From IMG/VR virus record IMGVR_UViG_3300020379_000927, positions 1 through 39,098 of that record: DNA of 39,098 bases. One strand, given 5' to 3'. This document shows, piece after piece, positions 6,609-13,931 of this stretch (the stretch's first letter is position 1; each line of letters begins with the position of its first letter). The notes beneath the pieces were generated by a model. It was not told the origin of the DNA, made no database searches, and worked only from the letters and a program-made list of their open reading frames with translations. The DNA is from a virus (Duplodnaviria; Caudoviricetes). Position numbers and translations under genes: made by a program.

Positions 6609-6806
6609 ATGAACAATTTTAATCAAACCGCTTTCAATCCTTCTTTCCCATACACCGTGGTATGCCCTTCTGCTCCTTTTGAGAATACAATCAAAAAATC
6701 ATTAGATGAGTGTTGGGGTTTATGCCTTGGGTTATCCGAAGAGTACGGATACGCTGCCGTATATTACGGTAAGTGCCTAATGGGTGAGTACACCAACGGA
6801 CAGTAA
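6609..6806 (+). CDS. cassette ORF, hypothetical (65 aa, MNNFNQTAF...)
   Basis: In frame with track ORF 6534-6806; ATG 6 nt after the -10 box. Confidence 0.7.
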   Translation: MNNFNQTAFNPSFPYTVVCPSAPFENTIKKSLDECWGLCLGLSEEYGYAAVYYGKCLMGEYTNGQ

Positions 6807-6854
6807 TTAAACTGGTCCACCCTTACCCCATTCGTGGGGTGGGGGTTTTATAAT
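6796..6854 (+). promoter_or_regulatory. variant palindrome/hairpin/-10 unit
   Basis: GGACAGTAATTAAACTGGTCCA ending at 6819, 29 nt with ACCCCA-TTCG-TGGGGT, TATAAT (6849-6854). Confidence 0.75.
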
Positions 6855-6882
6855 ATTAACATACACACAAAGGGGCATTTAA

Positions 6883-7098
6883 ATGTTTACTGATGAGCAA
6901 ATCCTCAACCTCTGTTATCTGGCATACGGTTGGGAACGTGATGAGGAAACCGATGAAATGTTTTTAGATTCGCCCGTGCTCTTCCCGTTCCCTTATGAGA
7001 ATTGGTTATACGGGGGAGGCATCGTGCCTACTTATGAGCAGGTGTATTCGTGGGTTGATTCACGTAAGGAGATCACCAGAGCGAGGGCAGCAGCGTAA
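6883..7098 (+). CDS. cassette ORF, hypothetical (71 aa)
   Basis: ORF track; AAGGGG upstream. Confidence 0.75.
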   Translation: MFTDEQILNLCYLAYGWERDEETDEMFLDSPVLFPFPYENWLYGGGIVPTYEQVYSWVDSRKEITRARAAA

Positions 7099-7307
7099 TG
7101 GCAAAAGCAATCGGTTCGGTTCGTGCTTCTGATACAAACATAAGAGGCACTCTCACCAGAGTTTCATCAGGTAGAGGCGGCACATTCACACCCGCCCGTG
7201 GGTTGGGGAAGTGTATGGTAGAAGATTTGGAAGGGGTGATCGCTCGTGCGAAGGCACAGTATAAGAGGGATCGCAGAGCGATGATCAGGGGAGGGAGTGC
7301 CACCTGA
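7098..7307 (+). CDS. small basic hypothetical protein (69 aa)
   Basis: ORF track; TAATG coupling; R/K/G-rich. Confidence 0.7.
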   Translation: MAKAIGSVRASDTNIRGTLTRVSSGRGGTFTPARGLGKCMVEDLEGVIARAKAQYKRDRRAMIRGGSAT

Positions 7308-7488
7308 TTCGTGGGGGGCATTCGTTCGTGATTTGGCAGGGGTTCGTCGCCCCCGCCCCCCCGTTTAAAAACCACTAACTACCCTAACCTACAAAGTGTT
7401 ACGAAAGCGAGAGATCTCTAAAACCCAAACACATTTCCAAGAGAATTCAAATTTTTTTTCGCTGTTAAAAAACGCCCACAAGGTTGAC

Positions 7489-7517
7489 TTGCAAAACATT
7501 AGCAATTGATATATAAT
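7489..7517 (+). promoter_or_regulatory. sigma70-type promoter
   Basis: TTGCAA (7489-7494), 17 nt, TATAAT (7512-7517). Confidence 0.65.
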
Positions 7518-7538
7518 GGCAAAGACAAATGTGATCAT

Positions 7539-7706
7539 ATGCAAAAAAATTCCGCAGAAGAAACACACGCTATAGAGGTTGATACCGTTACTGGTGAATA
7601 TTTTGTCAGAATACCTGAATGGATTATAAATGATCAAGGATGGTTTGAAGATACAGAACTCAAATTTAAAACCGATAAAAGTTTAATTTTTATAGAGGAA
7701 GCGTAA
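7539..7706 (+). CDS. small AbrB/MazE-like (swapped hairpin) protein (55 aa)
   Basis: GEYFVRIPEWIINDQGWFEDTELKF resembles the AbrB IP...LGW..GD.L.F pattern; ATG 7539 follows the promoter. Confidence 0.55.
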   Translation: MQKNSAEETHAIEVDTVTGEYFVRIPEWIINDQGWFEDTELKFKTDKSLIFIEEA

Positions 7707-7888
7707 TGAGTAGTACCTATCACATCTATCTAAGAGGAGAAGTTCTCTTTAAAGACTTAGATGATTATGAGTTTAAAATCATATGGGGTAGGTTATATCA
7801 TTCGTATTATAAGGATGAAATAGAGTATGAAGAGATAGTATATACAGAAGATCAAACAAGAGATTTATTACAAGATGCCAGCTATTGA
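7706..7888 (+). CDS. hypothetical cyanophage-type protein (60 aa)
   Basis: ORF track; TAATG coupling; GAGG RBS. Confidence 0.75.
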   Translation: MSSTYHIYLRGEVLFKDLDDYEFKIIWGRLYHSYYKDEIEYEEIVYTEDQTRDLLQDASY

Positions 7889-8525
7889 AAAGGTGATTCC
7901 ACCTACTACAGAATTATACGAAGAGATTCCTAATTTTTTAGATCAAGAATACTTTGATCATCTATATGGAATTATTAATCAAGGAAAGTCACAATTTTAT
8001 TGGAACTTTCAAGAAGAGGTTGCATATAAAGGAGATGTATCATCTGATAGTAAAGATGCTTTTTACTTTATACATCCAGTTTATGGTGATCTTGGTCCAC
8101 AGAGTGCTTTTCATAATGAGTTACAACCATTATATGAACAGTTAGGTGTCAGAGCATTATTAAGAACAAGAGTGATAATGTATGTAAATCAAGGAAGGTT
8201 TATGGTACACAGTCCTCATATAGATTATACTTTCCCACATAGTGCTGCTTTGTTGTATATGAATACTTGTAATGGGTATACGTTAATGGCAGACGAGCAC
8301 GTAAACATTCTAGCAAGTCAGAATGTTGTTGATTCTACAGCACATAAATCTCCAACAAGTTTAGAGTTTAAACGTGAAGATAATGGTGAAGAACCTTTTC
8401 AGGATCAGAACAAGTCGATGAGTATTGCGAATAAGATGACAATTCACGATGGTTCTCGTCCACATTCTAGTACAACAACTACTGATCAAAAGAAACGTAT
8501 ACTAATTGCAATTAATTATTTTTAA
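7875..8525 (+). CDS. 2OG-Fe(II) oxygenase-like protein
   Basis: HxD (PHID), LLYMNTCNGYT, distal H (PHSS) and terminal R..I.INYF. Confidence 0.7.
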   Translation: MPAIEKVIPPTTELYEEIPNFLDQEYFDHLYGIINQGKSQFYWNFQEEVAYKGDVSSDSKDAFYFIHPVYGDLGPQSAFHNELQPLYEQLGVRALLRTRVIMYVNQGRFMVHSPHIDYTFPHSAALLYMNTCNGYTLMADEHVNILASQNVVDSTAHKSPTSLEFKREDNGEEPFQDQNKSMSIANKMTIHDGSRPHSSTTTTDQKKRILIAINYF

Positions 8526-9223
8526 TGGAAAATACTGAACAACGGGGTGAGATACTGCCCCTTTTCTCTGCGGCTCCTGCGATGGGGTTTAGTTATGGTG
8601 GAGATCTAGAGCCGATGGTAGAGTATATTAAGACTTTAGAATACCAACAAGAAATTAATGGTAATGCAAAGACTGTAGATCGTTATGTACATAAGCTTGA
8701 TGGCCTTAAGCACCTCGAAAAGTTTTTCTTAGATTCTGTTCACGAGTATGCAAGAGTAGTTTGTCTAACGGAACACGAAGCAACACTACAGCAATCTTGG
8801 GTAAATGTAAATTGCCCTGGTGTTGAGCAACCATCACACTGGCATAGTAATAGTTGGTTAAGTGGCGTTTTTTACCTCGAATCTGATTCGCAGTCTGGTT
8901 CTCCACTTACTTTTCATAATTATATGAAGAATTTTGCGTATCACTTCTCGTCTCCCTCGGATAAGTTTGACAAAGAGAAGAATCGATTTTATAAAGATGA
9001 GAGTGTGCCTGATACCTATAACCCTTATACTTCAAGTAGTTGTGATATAGCATCGATTCCTGGTAACTTAATCATATTCTCAAGTTTACAACCTCATAGT
9101 GTTGCTGTAAATGAGACGAAGCAAAATCGAATTAGTATATCGTTTAATACCTTTCCTAAAGTACCTTTTGGTAATGATACTCAACTGAATCGTGTTGATC
9201 CATTTTATGAATCTACGGACTGA
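8525..9223 (+). CDS. putative 2OG-Fe(II) oxygenase (TIGR02466-like)
   Basis: SWVN...HWHSNSWLSGVFYL...GNLIIFSSLQPHSV...RISISFN. Confidence 0.85.
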   Translation: MENTEQRGEILPLFSAAPAMGFSYGGDLEPMVEYIKTLEYQQEINGNAKTVDRYVHKLDGLKHLEKFFLDSVHEYARVVCLTEHEATLQQSWVNVNCPGVEQPSHWHSNSWLSGVFYLESDSQSGSPLTFHNYMKNFAYHFSSPSDKFDKEKNRFYKDESVPDTYNPYTSSSCDIASIPGNLIIFSSLQPHSVAVNETKQNRISISFNTFPKVPFGNDTQLNRVDPFYESTD

Positions 9224-9797
9224 ACCTTTTCCTTATGTGATAATTGATGATTTGTATAATGAATACGAATTATCAAAGATATGTACAGAACTTACTTTCT
9301 TATCTGATAAGTTAAAAGGTCCTGAGGAAAGTGGTAGTGCGATGGATGAGAATAAGAATTATACAAAACAAAATAAAGGTATCTACTTAGATCAAGTAAT
9401 TGAAGAGGTAGGTTTCTCAAATATAGATTACTTGAATAAAAAAGTATATCCTTATCTTAAAGATGTAGATAATTGGTATTATCATAATCTAAGAGTGAAT
9501 ACATGGAATACTTTAATTTCTTATTATGAGGATGGTGATCATTATAAGTCTCATTTTGATAGTACTATATTAACAATATTAACGTGGTTTTATGTAGAAC
9601 CAAAGAGATTTACTGGTGGTGATCTATATTTTAATGATTATGATATTACAATTGAATGTAAGCATAATAGGTGCGTTATTTTTCCTGGTCATATAGGACA
9701 TTCCGTTCCAAATGTAGAATTAAATGAAAAAGGTTATGGTAGATGGTGTATGTCTCAGTTTGGTACATTTGATGAAAACCGACCATCTCTTTTTTGA
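9192..9797 (+). CDS. 2OG-Fe(II) oxygenase (prolyl-hydroxylase-like)
   Basis: YKSHFD, FTGGDLYF, IFPGHIGHSV, GRWCMSQF; true start may be the second Met (9207). Confidence 0.85.
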   Translation: MLIHFMNLRTEPFPYVIIDDLYNEYELSKICTELTFLSDKLKGPEESGSAMDENKNYTKQNKGIYLDQVIEEVGFSNIDYLNKKVYPYLKDVDNWYYHNLRVNTWNTLISYYEDGDHYKSHFDSTILTILTWFYVEPKRFTGGDLYFNDYDITIECKHNRCVIFPGHIGHSVPNVELNEKGYGRWCMSQFGTFDENRPSLF

Positions 9798-9826
9798 TTG
9801 ACGTTATAAGTATATTGAGGTATAAT
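9798..9826 (+). promoter_or_regulatory. sigma70-type promoter
   Basis: TTGACG (9798-9803), 17 nt, TATAAT (9821-9826). Confidence 0.8.
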
Positions 9827-9849
9827 AATCAATGTAATTACATAACATT

Positions 9850-10605
9850 ATGGGAAAAGGATTTACGGTTAAAGCGAAATCTCCCGTTGTCAAAAAAGAA
9901 CCTGAATGGGATTTTGATAAGGCAAAGGAGATGGTCAAAGGTAAAACAGTTGTATTCTGTTTACCAGGAAGAGGAGTATCATATGCATTTTTGAAGAGTT
10001 TTGTACAACTATGCTTCGATCTTGTACAAAGTGGAGCAAGTATCCAAATCTCTCAGGATTATTCATCGATGGTCAACTTTGCACGTTGTAAGTGCTTAGG
10101 TGCAAATGTTCTACGTGGACCTGATCAGTTACCTTGGGATGGTCAGTTGAAGTATGATTATCAACTATGGATTGATAGTGATATTGTATTCAATACAGAG
10201 AAGTTCTGGCAATTGATTCTAATGGATCAGGATATTGCTGCTGGTTGGTATTGTACAGAAGATGGTAAAACCACTTCAGTTGCACACTGGATGGAGGAAG
10301 ATGATTTCCGTTCAAATGGTGGTGTAATGAATCACGAAACAATCGAAAGCATCTCGAAAAGAAAGAAACCATTTACAGTTGATTATACTGGTTTTGGTTG
10401 GACACTTATTAAAAATGGTGTATTTGAGCACGAAGAAATGAAGTATCCTTGGTTTGCTCCAAAAATGCAAGTTTTTGAATCAGGAGAAGTTCAGGATATG
10501 TGTGGAGAAGACGTTTCATTCTGCTTAGATGCAAAAGAAGCAGGTTTTGAAATATGGTGTGATCCTCGTATCAGAGTTGGTCATGAAAAACAAAGAGTTA
10601 TATAG
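9850..10605 (+). CDS. GT-A-fold glycosyltransferase-like protein of T4-like cyanophage type
   Basis: LWIDSDIVF (DxD), YTGFGWTLIK, GEDVSFC, RVGHEK. Confidence 0.75.
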   Translation: MGKGFTVKAKSPVVKKEPEWDFDKAKEMVKGKTVVFCLPGRGVSYAFLKSFVQLCFDLVQSGASIQISQDYSSMVNFARCKCLGANVLRGPDQLPWDGQLKYDYQLWIDSDIVFNTEKFWQLILMDQDIAAGWYCTEDGKTTSVAHWMEEDDFRSNGGVMNHETIESISKRKKPFTVDYTGFGWTLIKNGVFEHEEMKYPWFAPKMQVFESGEVQDMCGEDVSFCLDAKEAGFEIWCDPRIRVGHEKQRVI

Positions 10606-10747
10606 TATTTTTGAGGGTGATAAACTTCTTTATGAAGATCTCACCCAAGATGAATACTTTAATGCTATGGAGGATCTTGCATACGAATGGTATGATAATG
10701 GTTCTCACAACCCACAAAACTTAAGAACTGAAATTAGAGCAATTTAA
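10583..10747 (+). CDS. small hypothetical protein (54 aa, MKNKELYSIF...)
   Basis: In frame with track ORF 10529-10747; internal ATG minimises overlap. Confidence 0.65.
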   Translation: MKNKELYSIFEGDKLLYEDLTQDEYFNAMEDLAYEWYDNGSHNPQNLRTEIRAI

Positions 10748-10749
10748 TT

Positions 10750-10893
10750 ATGGCAATCAAAAAAGGACTTGGTGGTAACGTTTTCGTAGAAGCAATACCC
10801 AAAAAGAGTCGTCAAGGGCAGGGTAAGCATACAAAATATGCTGCTACTTCTCGTAATAAAGCAAAAAAGAGATCTAGAGGACAAGGAAGATGA
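10750..10893 (+). CDS. small highly basic protein (47 aa, MAIKKGLGGN...KKRSRGQGR)
   Basis: Translated by hand; fills the gap with an ATGA overlap to the next gene. Confidence 0.75.
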   Translation: MAIKKGLGGNVFVEAIPKKSRQGQGKHTKYAATSRNKAKKRSRGQGR

Positions 10894-11522
10894 ATGATGA
10901 TGGACCTAAGGTATTAGGTGTTACTCATCATGATAATTTCATCACAGAAATAACATTTGACCCAGAACGATTAGGACTGGGTCAACTTATTGACTATTTT
11001 GAGTTTCTTAATAATTCCAAGTTGCAGACTCCTAGAAATAGTATAAGAACAAAAGATACTCAAATTTTTATTAATGAAATATGTGGTATGCCTCATCCTT
11101 CAATAGATGAATATACTTCACAAAGTAGTTCTGCTGTATATCAAAAATGGAACTATCTTTCAAATATTGCATTCGGTATTTACTTTGATAAGTACGAATC
11201 TCTTAAAATACGTAATTTAGAGCATAAATTCTGCAAATTACAGCGTACAAGACCCTCTGAAGGGTTTCATGATTGGCATTCTGATCAACTAGGTGGTCAA
11301 CCTTTTAGGCAAATAGTCAGTCTTTTGTACTTAAATGATAATTTCGAGGGTGGAGAGACTGAATTTTTACATCAATCGGTGAGAATTAAGCCCCAAGTAG
11401 GAAAATATGTGTTATTTCCTGCTTTTTGGACGCATTTACACCGAGGAAATCCACCAATAGGCGGTGATAAGTATATAATAACAGGATGGTTAGAGGAATA
11501 TCCCACAGGAGGTTCCGTATAA
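10890..11522 (+). CDS. 2OG-Fe(II) oxygenase (prolyl 4-hydroxylase-like)
   Basis: GFHDWHSD, YLNDNFEGGETEF, FPAFWTHLHRGNPP..GDKYIITGW. Confidence 0.9.
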   Translation: MNDDGPKVLGVTHHDNFITEITFDPERLGLGQLIDYFEFLNNSKLQTPRNSIRTKDTQIFINEICGMPHPSIDEYTSQSSSAVYQKWNYLSNIAFGIYFDKYESLKIRNLEHKFCKLQRTRPSEGFHDWHSDQLGGQPFRQIVSLLYLNDNFEGGETEFLHQSVRIKPQVGKYVLFPAFWTHLHRGNPPIGGDKYIITGWLEEYPTGGSV

Positions 11523-11543
11523 AAAGGAAATCGGAAGAATAGG

Positions 11544-11551
11544 TATAAATA
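11544..11551 (+). promoter_or_regulatory. T4 late promoter
   Basis: TATAAATA 30 nt upstream of gp25. Confidence 0.85.
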
Positions 11552-11581
11552 AAGGGAGATAATACTAAATATACCATTTAG

Positions 11582-11983
11582 ATGGCACAGGTACGTACCT
11601 CTCAAGCATTTAAAGATATAAGTCTTTCATTTTCGCCACATCCAGTGACGAAAGATTTGCCTGTCTTAAAGAATGAACGTGCAATAGTTAGATCTGTGCG
11701 TAATTTAGTTGAAACAATCCCTACAGAAAGGTTCTTTAATTCGGATCTTGGAACAGATATTAGAGCAAGTCTCTTTGAAAACTTCTATCCAACCATCAGA
11801 ATGGTAATAGAGGATCAGATTGTAGAAACTATTGGGCAATATGAACCAAGAGTTAATGAATTGGAAGTTGAAGTAGAACCATACTTTGATCAAAACGCCT
11901 TTAATGTCACTATATTTTTTGATATTGTTGGATTATCTGTTCCAACACAATCATTTTCATTCCTTTTAGAACCAACGAGATAA
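11582..11983 (+). CDS. gp25: baseplate wedge subunit gp25
   Basis: FKDISLSF..HPVTKD, AIVRSVRNLV.T...ERFF, YEPRV; position before gp6. Confidence 0.93.
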   Translation: MAQVRTSQAFKDISLSFSPHPVTKDLPVLKNERAIVRSVRNLVETIPTERFFNSDLGTDIRASLFENFYPTIRMVIEDQIVETIGQYEPRVNELEVEVEPYFDQNAFNVTIFFDIVGLSVPTQSFSFLLEPTR

Positions 11984-11984
11984 T

Positions 11985-13931
11985 ATGCCTTTTACTCAAT
12001 TTACAAGTTTAGATTTTGATCAAATAAAAGCACAGATAAAGGATTATCTTCGTGCTAATACTGATTTTAGTGATTTTGACTTTGAAGGTTCTAACTTTTC
12101 AGTACTTATTGATACTTTAGCATATAATACTTACATTAATTCATTTAATGCGAATCTAATTGCAAACGAATCATTTTTAGATTCTGCACAAATAAGAGAA
12201 AATGTCGTTTCTCTTGCAAGAAATATTGGTTATATACCCCGTTCAAGATCTGCTGCAACAGCATCAATTTACTTCGATGTACCAACTGATTCAACTGAGC
12301 CTATACTGTACTTAAAACCAGGTTTAGTGTGCGTAGGATCTGCAAATAACACTACATATAGGTTTTCAATCACTCAACCATTACATGCTTCTATTAATAA
12401 TGGTGTTGCATCATTTGGAAGTGCTGAATCTCCCGTTGAAGTTTATCAAGGAACCTCATTAAGTATTCAATTCTTAGCAGATAGTTCAATAGATGATCAA
12501 AGATTCTTATTACAGAATCCAAATATTGATATATCATCTATCAAAGTATTTGTTTCTGGTCCTGCAGATACAGGTATTGGTAGAGAATACAAAATGATTG
12601 ATAATATTCTCAATCTTGATAAGAATTCTGAGGTTTTCTTTGTACAGGAAGTTCAAGATGAGAAATATGAATTATTATTTGGTGATGGATACTTTGGTAA
12701 AAAATTAGAAAATAATACTATCTTAACAGTAAGATATATTATTACTGATGGTGCTGGAAGTAATGGTGCTTCACAATTTGCTTTCCAAGGTTCATTTTCT
12801 AATAAAGATCCAAATTCAGAACCAAACATAAACACTATTATACCAACTGCTGGAATCACTATAAACACCGTTAATCCTGCGACAAACGGTTCTGAGGCAG
12901 AGAATGTTAGTTCTATTAAGTATTTCGCACCTAGACTATATTCTGCTCAATACAGGGCGGTTACACCAAGAGATTATGAGGCAATTATACAATCAATTTA
13001 CCCCAGAACAGAGTCTGTTGCTGTTATTGGTGGGGAAGAATTGACTCCACCTCAATTCGGTAAGGTTCAGATTAGTATTAAACCAAAGAATGGTACTTAT
13101 GTTTCTGATTTTGATAAACATCAGATTAAAAATAAATTAAAAAGTTATGCTATTGCAGGTATTAACTCTGAAATTATAGATCTTAAGATTTTATATGTTG
13201 AAATTGATTCCTCAATTTATTACGATAGTTCTAGAGTTTCAAATGATGTTGATTTACGTTCAAAAATCTTAGGTGGTCTTACAAAGTACTCACAAACTGT
13301 AGATATTAATAAGTTTGGTGGAAGATTTAAGTATAGTAAGATTTTGCAATTAATTGATAGAATTGATAGTGCTATTACATCAAACATTACCAAATTGAAA
13401 ATTAGAAGAGATTTAAAAGTTCTTTTGAATCAATTTACACAATATGAACTGTGTTTTGGTAATAAGTTCCATATAAATCCTGAAGGATTTAATATTAAGA
13501 GTACTGGATTTACCTTAAGTGGATCAAATGATACCGTATTCATAACAGATGTTCCAAATAAAAAGGCAGATGGCACTTTAGATGGAAGTGGAAAGGGTGT
13601 TTTAAGTGTTATTACAAGAAATCAAAAAGAAGAATTGAAAGTTGTTGCTAAATCAGCAGGAACTGTTGATTATACTAAAGGTGAGGTTATTTTAAACACT
13701 CTAAATATTACCTCAACTGTAGCGGCAAATAATTTGGTTGAAATTCAAGCATTCCCAGACTCTAATGATGTAGTTGGATTGAAGGATTTATACCTCAGTT
13801 TTGACGTTTCTAATAGTAAGATAAATATGGTTAAGGATGTAATTGCTTCTGGTGAAGATGTATCAGGAGTTGTATTTACAAGAGATTATTACACTTCAAG
13901 TTACTCAAACGGAGACCTAGAGAGAAAATAA
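11985..13931 (+). CDS. gp6: baseplate wedge subunit gp6
   Basis: LDFDQIK...DFDFEGS, ESFLDSAQIRENVVSLARNIGY.PRS, FGDG..GKK, AQYRAVTPRDYE. Confidence 0.95.
   Translation: MPFTQFTSLDFDQIKAQIKDYLRANTDFSDFDFEGSNFSVLIDTLAYNTYINSFNANLIANESFLDSAQIRENVVSLARNIGYIPRSRSAATASIYFDVPTDSTEPILYLKPGLVCVGSANNTTYRFSITQPLHASINNGVASFGSAESPVEVYQGTSLSIQFLADSSIDDQRFLLQNPNIDISSIKVFVSGPADTGIGREYKMIDNILNLDKNSEVFFVQEVQDEKYELLFGDGYFGKKLENNTILTVRYIITDGAGSNGASQFAFQGSFSNKDPNSEPNINTIIPTAGITINTVNPATNGSEAENVSSIKYFAPRLYSAQYRAVTPRDYEAIIQSIYPRTESVAVIGGEELTPPQFGKVQISIKPKNGTYVSDFDKHQIKNKLKSYAIAGINSEIIDLKILYVEIDSSIYYDSSRVSNDVDLRSKILGGLTKYSQTVDINKFGGRFKYSKILQLIDRIDSAITSNITKLKIRRDLKVLLNQFTQYELCFGNKFHINPEGFNIKSTGFTLSGSNDTVFITDVPNKKADGTLDGSGKGVLSVITRNQKEELKVVAKSAGTVDYTKGEVILNTLNITSTVAANNLVEIQAFPDSNDVVGLKDLYLSFDVSNSKINMVKDVIASGEDVSGVVFTRDYYTSSYSNGDLERK
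13820..13827 (+). promoter_or_regulatory. possible internal late promoter (GATAAATA)
   Basis: ATAAATA about 105 nt upstream of the giant gene, inside the gp6 3' end. Confidence 0.4.

Noticed and set aside
4100-6819. TGGCAC as a sigma54 -24 box
   Set aside because: No TTGC at -12 with the required spacing; the motif is half of a palindrome and pairs with a sigma70-type -10 box; cyanobacteria lack sigma54
4100-6819. Palindrome as a canonical NtcA or CRP site
   Set aside because: NtcA is GTA-N8-TAC and CRP is TGTGA-N6-TCACA; neither spacing nor position matches
3791-6854. CRISPR array
   Set aside because: Repeats are short or degenerate, spacing is irregular or gene-sized, and no cas genes are present
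6378-7637. Minus-strand ORFs 6378-6626, 7073-7375 and 7389-7637
   Set aside because: Antisense shadows of plus-strand genes and regulatory elements
9794-9994. 66-aa TTG-start ORF
   Set aside because: Starts at the promoter and overlaps the GT-like gene out of frame
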